Translations under genes and position numbers: made by a program
In this document: in pieces, positions 41,007 through 53,535 of the stretch
Layout of the letters: each line of letters opens with the position of its first letter
Position numbering within the stretch: the first letter of the stretch is position 1
The notes under the pieces: model-generated
Seen by the model: only the letters and a program-made list of their open reading frames with translations
What the model was told of the DNA's origin: nothing
Database searches by the model: none
Origin: the human T2T-CHM13v2.0 reference genome, Homo sapiens
DNA length: 64,000 bases
Direction: 5' to 3' (one strand)
Assembly (NCBI RefSeq): GCF_009914755.1
Contig: NC_060925.1

Positions 41007-42346
41007 CTCTGATAGATATTTGGCGTGAGAAAGCAGGAGGTAGGCTAACTAGAAGCATCCCGTGTGATCAATTGGAGAGCATATTTGGCTTTCTTTTGTT
41101 GGTCTTGAATTGGAAGCCGGGGCAAAAATTGAGGGAGCGGGCCATCATTGACTAAGTACTGATATCTGGGCTGACCGCTGCAGAGGTCCTGCTCTGACTT
41201 CCTGGGCTGGTTGCTGCAAAAGTTGTGGGTCAGATTTCTGCTGTCATATGTGGTCTGAACATGGTCTATTTGTATATTCATTCTCAATAGCAATCAAAAA
41301 ATAAAACTAGTAACAACATAATGTAATGAAGTATAGTTGTAACTTAGATTTCTGCCTCCAGAGTATCTTCAAGTCATTCAGCCTTCTTGAATTGCCTTTC
41401 TCTTTAATTCAAACAGAATAGCTTGATCCTCCATCCCATGTAGAAAACCTGGCATTTTTCCAATTGAGCAGGATTATCAGGGGATTTTATACTTCTCCTG
41501 GTTACCTCTTGCTGTAACTTCTAAATTTCAATGGATTCTTGGTCTTTGCTCTTCACTTGCCTCTCATTACAGTTTTATTCTTCCTGCATCTCTTAGCCCC
41601 ATGCTGAACACTGCCCCACTCCTTTTACAGACAGTAGGCTTTTCCCCAAAGCAACTGGGAAAATAAAGAGTATATTTATTGCAGAGTAGCAGAGGCAACA
41701 ACACTGAATATAAGACATCCCTGTCAAGAAATGCATTTTCCATTGCTCAATACAGGTTCTTTTTCATTAGCTGTGTCCCTCCTTAGGTGCCAGTCTACAC
41801 TAGCATCTCCACCACCTTCTTTCTAGTTCTTCTTCTACTCCCTCTCTACACATTCCTCACACTCTTCTCACCTTCCTGTTCTTGGTCCCTCACCCACTCT
41901 CCCAGCCTCCTGCAACCACTTAAAATACTTTATGATACAGTCATCTGGGTCTCTTTGCTCTTGCCAGACCAAATACCAGGCTGTGACTTTCTCAACCAAA
42001 AAGGCCCACTAAAGCATTTGCTTAAGACATAGGAGGACTATGGACTCCAGAAATAAGTTATGACATTGCCCTAGGAGGTAGAAGTAGCTGAATTTTTCTT
42101 AATCTATTTTTTTCTGCCCTCTTAACAATATGAATTTGCAAAAATCAACTATATCTTAGAGTAATAATTTATGTGAATAAATTCAATTTGCAACATAAAC
42201 AATAAGATATCCAATATTAAGTATAAAAATCATATAAAACTCATATAAAAGAAAATATAAACCTATTTGAGGAATATAAAAAAGGTTTGAGAGAGACATA
42301 TCCTATTTCTGGATACTAAAGACTCAATACTATAAAGATTTCAGCG

Positions 42347-42645
42347 CTTTTTTTTTTTTTTTGAGACGGAGTCTTGCTCTTTCACCCAGGCTGGAGTGCA
42401 GTGGCGTGATCTCGGCTCACTGCAGGCTCCGCCCCCCGGGGTTCACGCCATTCTCCTGCCTCAGCCTCCCGCGTAGCTGGGACTACAGGCGGCCGCCACC
42501 ACGCCTGGCTAATTTTTTGTATTTTTAGTAGAGACGGGGTTTCACCGTGTTAGCCAGGATGGTCTCGATCTCCTGACCTCGTGATCCGCCCACCTTGGCC
42601 TCCCAAAGTGCTGGGATTATAGGCATGAGCCACTGCGCCCGGCCC
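42347..42645 (-). mobile_element. AluY
   Basis: CpG-rich; AluY diagnostics (ttcacgccattctcc, gtgttagccaggatgg). Confidence 0.95.
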
Positions 42646-42981
42646 AGTGCTTTTATATTAATTTGTAAGTGTAATGCAATTTCAATCAAAATCCAAAAGG
42701 GATTTTTTTTGTTTACAAATTAACATAATTATAATAAGGTCTACAAGAAAAATGACAGATGAGAATAGCCAAGAAAATATTGAAAAAGAAGAAAGAGAAG
42801 TACCTGTATTGTATCATATTAAGATGTGTTACAATGTTAAAGTCAAATTGCATAACCTTGTTAGATGAATATGCAGATAGAGCAGTGAAACCTAACACAA
42901 AGTCCATCATTTAGGATTAGGTTCACCTGCAATGATCACTAAAAAAAATCTATATAAAAAGGACTCAAATCAGATAGAAGT

Positions 42982-43577
42982 TGTAGGGGAAGAAAAAATA
43001 ATTTTCTCTCTACACTTCACAGTTCTTAACTGGGACCCCCCTGTAACAAAAGACAGATTAACAAGAGAAAAATAGAAGTTTCTTAACATGTATGCCTCAT
43101 ATATACATAAAAGAAAACCCAGAGAAATGAATAAATCTCTAGAGTAGATCTCAAAAAAAAAAAAAAAAAAGCATGTAAACTTCAGGCGTAAATGTCATTT
43201 TTCTCTGAAACAAAGAAAGAAGAGTGTGGGTAAAAGCCAGGTTAAGAGCAGATGGCCAGGAAAAGCGCCACAAAACGAGGACGAGGTTTGTTATGTGGAT
43301 TTAAGTCTATGTCTTTTCCATTGATAAGAGTCTCTAGTGATTTAGTCCTCCTTCTCTTCTTGGTGCAGAGAGGAAAACACCCTTAAAAATTGAGGTTTCC
43401 TTCATTGATGTAAATTTCTCCTGCAAAAGGGCAACTTTTCAGAGCTACTCCTATGTCTGCAGTTTCTCAAAAATAACCAACTTAAAATGACCAATACAGC
43501 AAAGAGGCATATTTTGGGATGGCATATTGTGGTCTCCTACAGTGATATTTTGGGGTGGTGTGTCCTGAGCCCCATCA
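42982..43577. mobile_element. ERV1-type solo LTR (MER67-like) nested in an old MLT1 element
   Basis: TG..CA ends with 4-bp TSD aagt. Confidence 0.65.
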
Positions 43578-45428
43578 AAGTTTATTTTTCTCTCATTATA
43601 AGTCTAAAGATAAGCAATCTACAGGTGACAGAAAGTCATCAAGGGCTCTTGGGAGACCAAGACTACTTCTATTTTGCAATAACATTCAACAAGCAACTTC
43701 TACGTCATGGTCCAAGATGGCTGCCAGAGTTCTTTTTATTTACATCACAGTTGTCAGAAAGGAGGAAAAGGGGTGAAAAGGAGCATGGCCCCTCTTATTC
43801 AGGACCATCCTGAAAGTTACATACAATATTCCTGCTTCTATATCAACAGCCATAGCTAGCAGCAAAAGAAGTTGGGAGACATAGTAATGATTTAGAAGAC
43901 CCATGAGTCCAGATGAATTTGAAAGTTTATTACTAAAGCTAAAAGAGAGAGGGAACATTGGAATGTCTCTTCCAGACAAGCATAGACCAAAGTATACTTG
44001 AGCATTTAGTATAATTTAACATAATATCAAGGTGGCATTTAAAATCATTTAAAAGATGGTCAGATCATTGGCTAAACTTCAGGAGAAAAATTAAGCTAAT
44101 GTTCCACCTCATTCTTTATATCAAAATAAATTCTAAATGGATTAAAGAGTTGGATTAAAAAAAATGAAATCATAGAAGAACTTTTTCATGCTTCCTTTCA
44201 ACCAAAGCAACACTAACCCCAGGGTGCTGTTAGTAGGGAACAATCAACTGAAGAGTTGAGTCAAGTTGTATCATCCCAGCACAGTGCAGAAAACCATCTA
44301 ACATTCAACATCAGACATTCCTTGCCACAAGGAATTCCTCCTTGGCTGCAGTCTTCTGGAGGCTCTACCGGTTTTCACGTGGCCAGAGCTTCTCCCCAGC
44401 TCCCCTCTTCTCTCCTCAACCTCTCACCTTCTTTCAACTTCCTGGCCCGTCATCTTCTCCAGTATCTTGAGCTGCCAACAAATAACTCAGTTCCCTCCTG
44501 TTTTGCTGTTTTGTGTGGAGTGATTCACTGCTCTGTTAGTCCCACCTCCTCTTTCCATGCCCTGAAAAAGAGGGAGAGGTGTTCACCATTCATGCTTTAT
44601 CAAGACCATTAAGAATGTTTATAATTTTTAAAAATCTTTCTTGAGATGAATTCTACCATCCTCTTAAAGGCAGGAGCAGCTACAATCCTGTGAGTACATG
44701 TGTATAAATATAGGTCTCATTTTCTTCACACTTCATGTTTACATGTGCATACAATTAGAAAAAGGACTGAAAAAGCATACTTTGAAAATATTAACAACAC
44801 TTCATTCTGATGACTGGGACTACAAGAGCATTTTATTTTCTCTTTGGGCTATTTTTTTTCAAAGCATCCACAATGAGTACACATCAATTTTATATTATAA
44901 AAATTATGTTTTTAAGTAATCAGATATAATAAAAAATCATTCTTTCGTTTTGTATTTTTCAAATGTAAATACTATTCACTTAATCTTAGCTTCCTTTGCC
45001 CTCAGTTCTCACCAATCAACTTAGAAGAAAAGGCAAATTTATAAATAGGTATAATTAAAGCCTAAAATGTATATTTTAAAGATGTCAACAGGCAAAGAGA
45101 AAATAAAAAGCAACTATTAAATAATTCACAACACTAACACTTAGGTTCAAAACACGGATGAAGCCTATCCTGGATTTATACTATGTATTTCCTGGATTTA
45201 TACCGTGGTTTGCCTTTCAGGAGTATTCAATCAAACTCATAGACATTTGACCAGATTCATGGCTCATGAATTTTAACCACAGATAAAATCTGATAAAATC
45301 TATCAACCTTGATGTTTAGTTTTCCAAAAATATTTATGTCAGTCATTCGTCTACATAAAATATGTAAGGGACAATAGACTCCTAGGTTGAGATCAAATAT
45401 GTAAGTGATGTACATCACTGGTTACAGA

Positions 45429-45530
45429 GTGTAGTAAGTTGAATAGCATCACCCCCAAAATTCATGTCAGCATGGAACCTCAGAATGTGTCTTTCTTTGG
45501 AAATAGAGTCTTTGCAAATATAATTAGTTA
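45429..45530 (+). mobile_element. MLT1B/C LTR 5' fragment
   Basis: gttgaatag..ccccaaaattcatgtc..ggaacctcagaatgtg..tttggaaatag. Confidence 0.75.
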
Positions 45531-46883
45531 AGTCATCAATTTATTGTGAATTTAGAAGAGAATCAGTCTGAAATACACTAGGAAGTCTGATTAATCAATG
45601 GAAGATACTGCACAAAGAATTCACAGATGCCATGAAGTTCTCATTGGGGTGCTCCTCCTCTTTGAACAGGGCGGTGGGGGAGGGAACATTTAGCATAATA
45701 TTCCCTTAAGGAGGAGAGCCATAGAATATAACTGCACATCCTTGGCAGCTCTGCCCAACTGGATGAAAAAGGCTGAAGCCTGAGGAATCAGGATTGATGG
45801 GTGACTGAGAAGAAGAAAGTCCAAGAACAGAAAATAATGTGGAGGACATGTCAGTGATAGGAGAAGTGTGCAGACTTTTGAATGGTCTAAGCACTGACCT
45901 CATCAATGTTAGGGTCCAGCTAGAGCATCAGCACAGTGTGTGCCAACCTGGATACTAATCCAAGGGCTCATGAATCTAGCTCACCACCAACCGTGCCTGT
46001 CTCTGAAGAAAAAGTGCAAATAACTCAGAGCCAGAAGCTGATTTTATATGCAATACCTTCTGCATGGAAAGTATTCAATTCATAAATGATGATCATGTGA
46101 AACCTTCCTACCTTCAAAGGAGGCAGAAACTAGTGGCCAGAGGAATAGGCAGATACAGCACCTAACTTTGTTGATAAAGCTCTTCGCCCTGGAAGAGTTT
46201 TATGCCAGTTTTACTAATTCAGTGAAGTTACCTGACTCAAGATGATTCCAATCAATTCTCAATTAATCCAAATGATAATGCGGATTATTCCTTTTGTGGA
46301 TTATTAATACTTTTTTTCCATTCTAGGCAGACTTTTCTCTGTCATCTAGGCAGAACATTTGTGAAATGATGGCTGTGTTCAAGGAACCCAAATTAATTTC
46401 ATTAATAGCTAAAGAAAAACATAATCCAAGAGATTACAAAGCCTGTTAGAAAAAAATCTACCTACTAAACAGAAAAATATGAAAATAGAGTGTAATAGTT
46501 AATAATGATAACAATAACATTTTGTTTTTATTAAACAAACATTATTAAAAGATATTGGTAGCATAACTGTGGTTTCTAAGCACGCTCATATCATGGTTTT
46601 TCTGTTCATCAGGTCTCTGTGACAGAGATGAGGTGGGGCATACACTATATTCCTTCTTTCCTGGCCTTGAATGTGGAGTCATTTCATTTATGTGAAGAAA
46701 TGCTGACGTTGCAGACAGCTCCATCTTCCCAGTGTTCCCCCAATCTTTCTGGGGAACTTCCATTTGCTAGGGAGAGCTGCATGCCTTCCTATCTGGGACA
46801 CTGGACATAGATTTTCCTGGCTCTGGGACTCTCTGGGCCAAGGTCTGAATGAGGATAAGGTGAAGGAGGCATCACTTTTCAAA

Positions 46884-47269
46884 ATTTAAGGGAGTGCTAC
46901 AGTTTACTCTCTCTTCTTGGGCTGGGACATCTATCTGCTGCTGCCTTTGGAAATTGGAGCTCCTGGTCCTCAGGCCTTTAGACTCTAGGACTTGACACCA
47001 GCAGTTCCCCACCCCATCCCCAACCCCAAGCTCCAGTTCTCAGACTTTTGGTCTTGGACCATTACACCATCGGCTCTCCTGGTTCTCAGGCCTCTGGACT
47101 TGAACTGAATTACACCACTGGCTTACCTGGTTCTCCAGCTTGCAAACAGCATATCATGGAATTTTTTGGCCTCTATAGTCACACGAGCTAATTCTCATAA
47201 TAAATCTCCTCTCATGCATCTATATGTGTCCTATTGGCTCTGTTTCTCTGGAGAATCCTGAATAATACA
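46884..47269 (+). mobile_element. MLT2B/D LTR 3' part
   Basis: aataaatctc..ctgtttctctggagaatcctgaataataca. Confidence 0.8.
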
Positions 47270-47726
47270 ACCAGCCACCCCATGGCAACTCTTGCCTATA
47301 TACACCCGATTCTCATTGCCACCAGAGGGAACTTCAACATGCAATCATGCAAATTTGATCACGTTATTCATTAACAAAATTTTCATAGCTTCCCAATGCT
47401 CTTGCGATATGGACCACACCTCTTACTGTGGCCTACAAGACCCTGCAGGATCTGCCATCTTCCCATCTATCCAGAATCATCTCATACCAAGCTCCCTTAT
47501 TCTTTCCCTTCTGGCTATATTGGCCTTCTTTCAGATCCCCCAGAATGCAGTGTTCCCTCCTGACACAGGACCTTTGCACAGGCTGTTTTCTCCACCTGAC
47601 ATGGCCTCCCTTCTTCCCCCTCACCCTCACATCTTCCATGTGCCCTTGGCTCTTCTTCAGATCTCAGCATTATTGCTCCTCTCTCAAAGGAGGGTTTCCT
47701 GACTGCCTAGATTAGGCCCGAGTACT

Positions 47727-48462
47727 GCAATTGCTAATTTTTTGTGTCAACTTGAAGGGTGTTTTTGGTTTTCATGTATTTATTTTTTTAATTTTTTTTT
47801 TAAGAGAGGGTCTCACCCTTTCCTGGCTTGTGTGCAGTGGTATAATCTTGACTGACCGCAGCCTTGACCTCTGGGCTCAAATGATCCTCCCACCTTAGCC
47901 TCCCAAGTAGCTTGGACTACAGGCATATACCACTACTCTTGGCTTTTTTTTCTATTTTTTGTAGGATGGGGTTTTGCCATGTTGGTCAGACTGGTCTTGA
48001 ACTTCTGAGCTCAAGCAATCTGCCCACCTCAGCCTCCCAAAATGCTGGGATTACAGGCATGCGCCACTGCACCCAGGCTTGAAGGGTGTTTTTGGATGAG
48101 ATTAGCATTTAAATCAATACACTTTGGGTAAGGCAGGGTGACCTCCATAATGTGGGTGCATCTCATCCAATCAGTTGAAGGCCTCAATCGAATAAAAAGA
48201 CTGGCTATCCTGAGCGAGAGGGAATTCTCCAAAAGACAGCCTTCATACTGGAGCTGGAACCTTGGCTTTCCTGGGTCTCCAGGTGCTGGCCTTCAGAATA
48301 GAACTATATTGTAGATTTGGACTTGCCAGTCTCCATAGTCATGAGAGCCATTTCCTTATCATAAATTTCTCTCCCTATATCTACATATGTGTATACACAC
48401 ACACACACACACACACACTCACACATCCTCTTTGTTCTGTTTCTCTGGAGAACCCTGCCTAA
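47727..48462 (+). mobile_element. MLT2C/D LTR containing a reverse AluJ (~47770-48078)
   Basis: MLT2 motifs; Alu TSD cttgaagggtgtttttgg. Confidence 0.8.
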
Positions 48463-51135
48463 TGGGTACCTACTAGGAGCTCTTATAACATTGTGTTTGT
48501 CCTCATCATAGCATGAGTCTTTGCTTATAGGCTCTAAATTTCATGGTTGCATGATTAGTGCCTGTTTTTCCCCTCACTCTTATATCCCAAATGCCTAGCT
48601 CTGTTCCTGGCTTACCAAGCAGGCTGTTGGTAAATATGCATTTAATACATAATACATCAGGATAAACCTTGCACTCATGGAGCTCAGTGTAGTGGGAAAA
48701 GACGGCAAGTTATTGGGCCCTTTTAGTGCACGATGACAGAGGCCTTTACTGCAAGCACAGTAACCACATGCCACAACAATGAGGCTCCTGACCCAAGGTA
48801 TGGGGCAGGAATAGGCCACAAAAGTCTCTCTGAAGGAGGTAACACCTGACCTGTACCTTAAAGAACAAGCAGGAGTTGACCACAAGGCATAGGAAAGGGA
48901 AGTGTGCTGGGAAGGGAAGGAGGAGCAGCCTGTGCAGAGGCGAAAGGCTCCACCCTGGGCAAATCGCCTCAACCAGAACCCAGCAGGGGCACCTTCCTAG
49001 AACAAGACCTGGACCAGCTCTCTCATCTCCTTGGGGCTGGAGGCGCAAGAGCAGGAGGAGTTGGGAAGCTCCTCCCATCCTTGCACCCCACCACCCACTC
49101 ACCACCATGCACCTGGGAGCCACAAGCCTGTAATCTGCACTGACTGCCAGTGATCTTAGGTTCTTATCATTTCCTACTCATAATTGCCTTCTAACAGGCC
49201 TCCTTGCTTCCAGCTCTCATCTCCCCACCTCTCCCAGACTCAATCTTTGTATAATTCAAGTCTGGTCTTGTCTCTCCCCTGAGGAAATCTTGCAGTTCCT
49301 CTCCAATCCTTCCTTTAGTAGGGGGATGCCTGGCTCTTGGTCATAACCAGAAGCCCTGCCTCTCTCCATTCTTCTTTCTTTCCATTCCCCATCCTGTCCC
49401 CTAAGCTCTTGCCTTTTCAAGGGCCGGCAGTCCTGAGTGCCTCTGGGTTTTGATGGCACCAGAGCTTTACATGTTCCTCCCTGACTTCCCACTTGGCCGA
49501 TTCCTGTGTTCCCTTGGAATCCCACCTTCCCTGTCTTGAGGCCCACCCTGCCCCTGCACACACCTCTCCCAGCAGCTGTCCCCTTCCTGGGCAGGCCTTA
49601 GCCCAGCATTTGTCACTGCGTGCCAGTAGTCTTTTTTCTTTTTTTTTTTTCTCTCCCAACAGACTTTGAGCTCCTTGAAGGCAGAGACCATATATTACTC
49701 ATCTTTGTGTCCCCTGACCTGACTCCATAAGGACTAAAAGATGAAGCCATAAATCAGCATAGGAATGATAGAGTAACATCTCCCCTGCTGCCCCACCAGA
49801 GTCAGCCAGTAAAGGGACCCACCCACCAGCCAGAGAGCAAGATCAGCATGGTGTCCTCAGGGCACAAGGCACCCCAGGAGTTAAATAACCAAAGCCATCA
49901 CCTAATCCTAAGAGACTAACATGATGGATGCAGCCTGTTCGCCAAGAGGCAGGTAGGAGTGGTGTTGGCCCCAGAAAAGCCAGACCGTATCTGTACACAT
50001 GCATCCCCATTATTCCCTCAGTTGAGAGGCACACCTGCCACCTCCATCCCCCCTCCACAGCCAAGGTCTCTCCAGGCTCACTGTTGGCCCCAGCTGTCAG
50101 GAGTGACTGTTAGACTTCTGCCCCTGCTCCACTGCTGCCCCTCTCTCTGGGGCTGGATGGGTGCATGGCACCAAAGCTCTTGAGGGCAGAGCCTCCCCAA
50201 CCCCATCTTCCCATCCCACCCCATGAGTCTCACAGGTGTTTCACTGGATGGCAGGGGATGCTGGTCGACTGCCCAGTGCCACCAGATGGCCGTGTTCTAG
50301 CCTGCTTCACTTGCCCTCTCTCTTCCCAGAAGGAAGCCCTCAAAGACGCCAGGCCAAGGGTCCAGGCGCCATCCCTAAGCAACCAGGCAATCATATCTGG
50401 GAGTGCCAGAACACACTGTCACTGGAGAGAGAAAAGCCACAGACTGGAAACCTAGCTTTCTTCTCTTGCCTGTCAGAAAGTGTCCTCTGAGTTACCAGCA
50501 AGCCTGCTCTTTTCCCAGAGGGTGATCTCTTTTCTCCCCTCATGTTCAGGCAGAGATACCTGCTTGGAAGTCTCAGAGTTCCTCCAATGGTAACTTTCCA
50601 AGGAGGGAAAAGTCGACCCGCACTACTACTTAGCCTGAAACATAGCTCTCCCTAGGCCTAGATGGGGAGGAATCATGCAGCCTGCCCACCCTGTGTTTTC
50701 CAATCCAGACCTATGACATTTTATAGGCAGCAAGACATTTTACAGACTGCAAGCGAGGCGAATAAAACGGCCTGTTTTTGAAGATTTGGGAAGCAGGTAA
50801 AAGTCTAGGAGCTTGGCAGCTATGAGGTCAGAAAGGTCTTTGTACAAACAGTTTTGTAACTTAAAATAATTCCTACACTCCCAGGTCACCTCCCATATAG
50901 TCAGTCAGAGCCCAGGTGAGCTAAACCTTCACCCTACTCTCTGGGTTATCGTGTGTCCCAGGCCCGAGGCCGAGTTTGCCTTCAGCAACTCCCTCTTCCT
51001 CCAACTTTCTCCCTCATCCCCCTCTCCCCTTACAGTAAACTTAGGACTCCACATTTTTTGGAAGTGTAGCTCAGGTCACATTATAATTTTCATGGGCCTT
51101 AGCTACTCTGGCCTTAGAGAGCCTCACCTCCATAA

Positions 51136-51372
<237 letters not shown>

Positions 51373-51575
51373 AAAATGTAATGTAAGCTGGATTCCTTAT
51401 TATATTCATTATTCTTATATTTATTTTTTCTTTGTATTTCAAAAGAACTTAAAATTAAAACATTTTCATGGGTACCAGTAAGTATCATGGCCCCAGATGG
51501 TGTGCCTCCTGAATGGGTAGTTGGCCCAGATGTAACTCACAGCACCCCACCTGCTCAGAAGATGCACAAACCTGC

Positions 51576-51593
51576 CTGCGCCCTCTGTCGGCA
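51576..51593 (-). promoter_or_regulatory. Candidate CTCF site
   Basis: Reverse complement tgCCGACAGAGGGCGCag fits the CTCF core; two CpGs retained in CpG-poor context. Confidence 0.55.
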
Positions 51594-53366
51594 GCAGCAG
51601 TAGAGGCCTTCAACCTCTACTTCAAAGTGTAGACCCACAACACTTTGAATTATTCTTTCAGCTAACAATTTATCAGAGCAACCGACATCATAAGGTCAAG
51701 TATTCATGAATTCCCACTCCATTAAAGCCTTCACTTAGCAGCCTATACATGTATTCGGTGAATATGAATGTTCCCAATGAAAATATTTGCCTAATAAATG
51801 AATCGACTAAATCAAAACATTAAAACTGTGTGGTTGAAAAGTTATGAAAACATCCATATTTAATTATTAAATTATATTTTAACTACATCAATCAAATCAT
51901 TACTTAAACACATCATTTGCTGAAATTTTGCACACTTATTCTAGAATACTTTTATAAACAGAAAAAAAATAAAGATAAAAGTTTCAAATAAACTGGATTA
52001 TTTAGCCTGCTAAATTACAAAGTGAAGGGTTGTTTTGTATTTCATCAGTTTGATAAATTTGAATAGGGACATATCACATTTCCCCAAGTGGGGAGGGACA
52101 CACCTGTAAAAGATTTAGAACAGGCATGTCTTGTTTTACATAAATACGTGTATTATGAAATTGTAAAACATAATCAGAGAACCAAATAACTTGGCCTCTT
52201 AAGTCCCATTTTTAAAATGGAAACTTGGACTAGTTAGTACTTTCCAAGCATTTTTAGTTATAAAAATGCCTTCGTAAAGTGAAATGGTCATAGTTAATAA
52301 TGACAGTTAATCTTTGTGTTTTCACATATTGTCTCATTTCATCCTTACAACACCATATGATCAGTGTCATTATGTTACAGCTGAGGGAAGTGGGGCTAGA
52401 CGAGGTTAAATAACATACTCAAGATCAGACAGCTAATGAATGAACCAGAACTCAGACCCAGTTGTGTTGAACTTCAAATCTCATGCCCTTCAATCCCTCA
52501 GACTCCTCTCTATGAAGTGGAAGGGGAGGTTTTGCCAATTGAATAGAAGTTAGGGGCTCCTCACAGCCCCACTAACTCCACTTCTCATCCAGGGAGCTCA
52601 ACTTGAAAAACATCCCTTTTTTCCTATCAAAAAAGATTTCAAGTAAGAGTTTTGCCTTTATAGCAGGTCGAATAACTCTTGATTTGATAAAACTTTTATC
52701 AAGCTTAAGATACAATTTTTAAAATTCTCATAGTTCTTTTGTGTCTCCCAAACAGATCCAGTGATTCCCAGAAGTCTGCAGACCCCACCCCAATTAAGAA
52801 ATTCAAGCAAATTTCAGACAGGCGGCCACATGCACAATAATATGGCATATAGTGACATCTATTGGTCAATTGTGATATTGCATCCAACTTCCTTTCACAG
52901 GAAATTTAACAGGAGCTGGTTGATGTGGAATTATACTAGTCTCAGGTATAAATCAAAATAAGAAAAATTCCTTTCATACAGAGAAAGCAGAAGGGAGATC
53001 TTGGAATCTCCAAGTTCAGTTAAAGGTCTGAGTCCTAGTCCTGATTTTACCATAAATAACTTGGTATAGACTTGGTTAAGTCACTTGGTCTCAGGAGCCT
53101 CATCTTCAATCAAACAGGGTCACGCCCTCTCAGAGGCCCTCAAAACACTAAAGGACACCCTCAGGGCCCTCTAGGAAAGGCAGAGTCAAGTGAGTGTGGC
53201 TACTGTCTTCACTCCCACATCTAGGCACATCTATTATTATCTTTTCATAAGCGAATTTTCTTCTTAAAAGTTTCAAAAATATTCTGTTTCTACTATTCGG
53301 ACCTGGTCAGCCCATGTCAACATTTACTGTACCCCGCACATTTTAGGGTCCTGTACTAAATCTATT

Positions 53367-53535
<169 letters not shown>

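Larger units (their letters stand above)
39523..41286 (-). mobile_element. ERV1-type solo LTR split by nested insertions (pieces 39523-39700 and 41007-41286)
   Basis: TG..CA ends; sequence resumes across the inner TSD ctctg. Confidence 0.55.
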
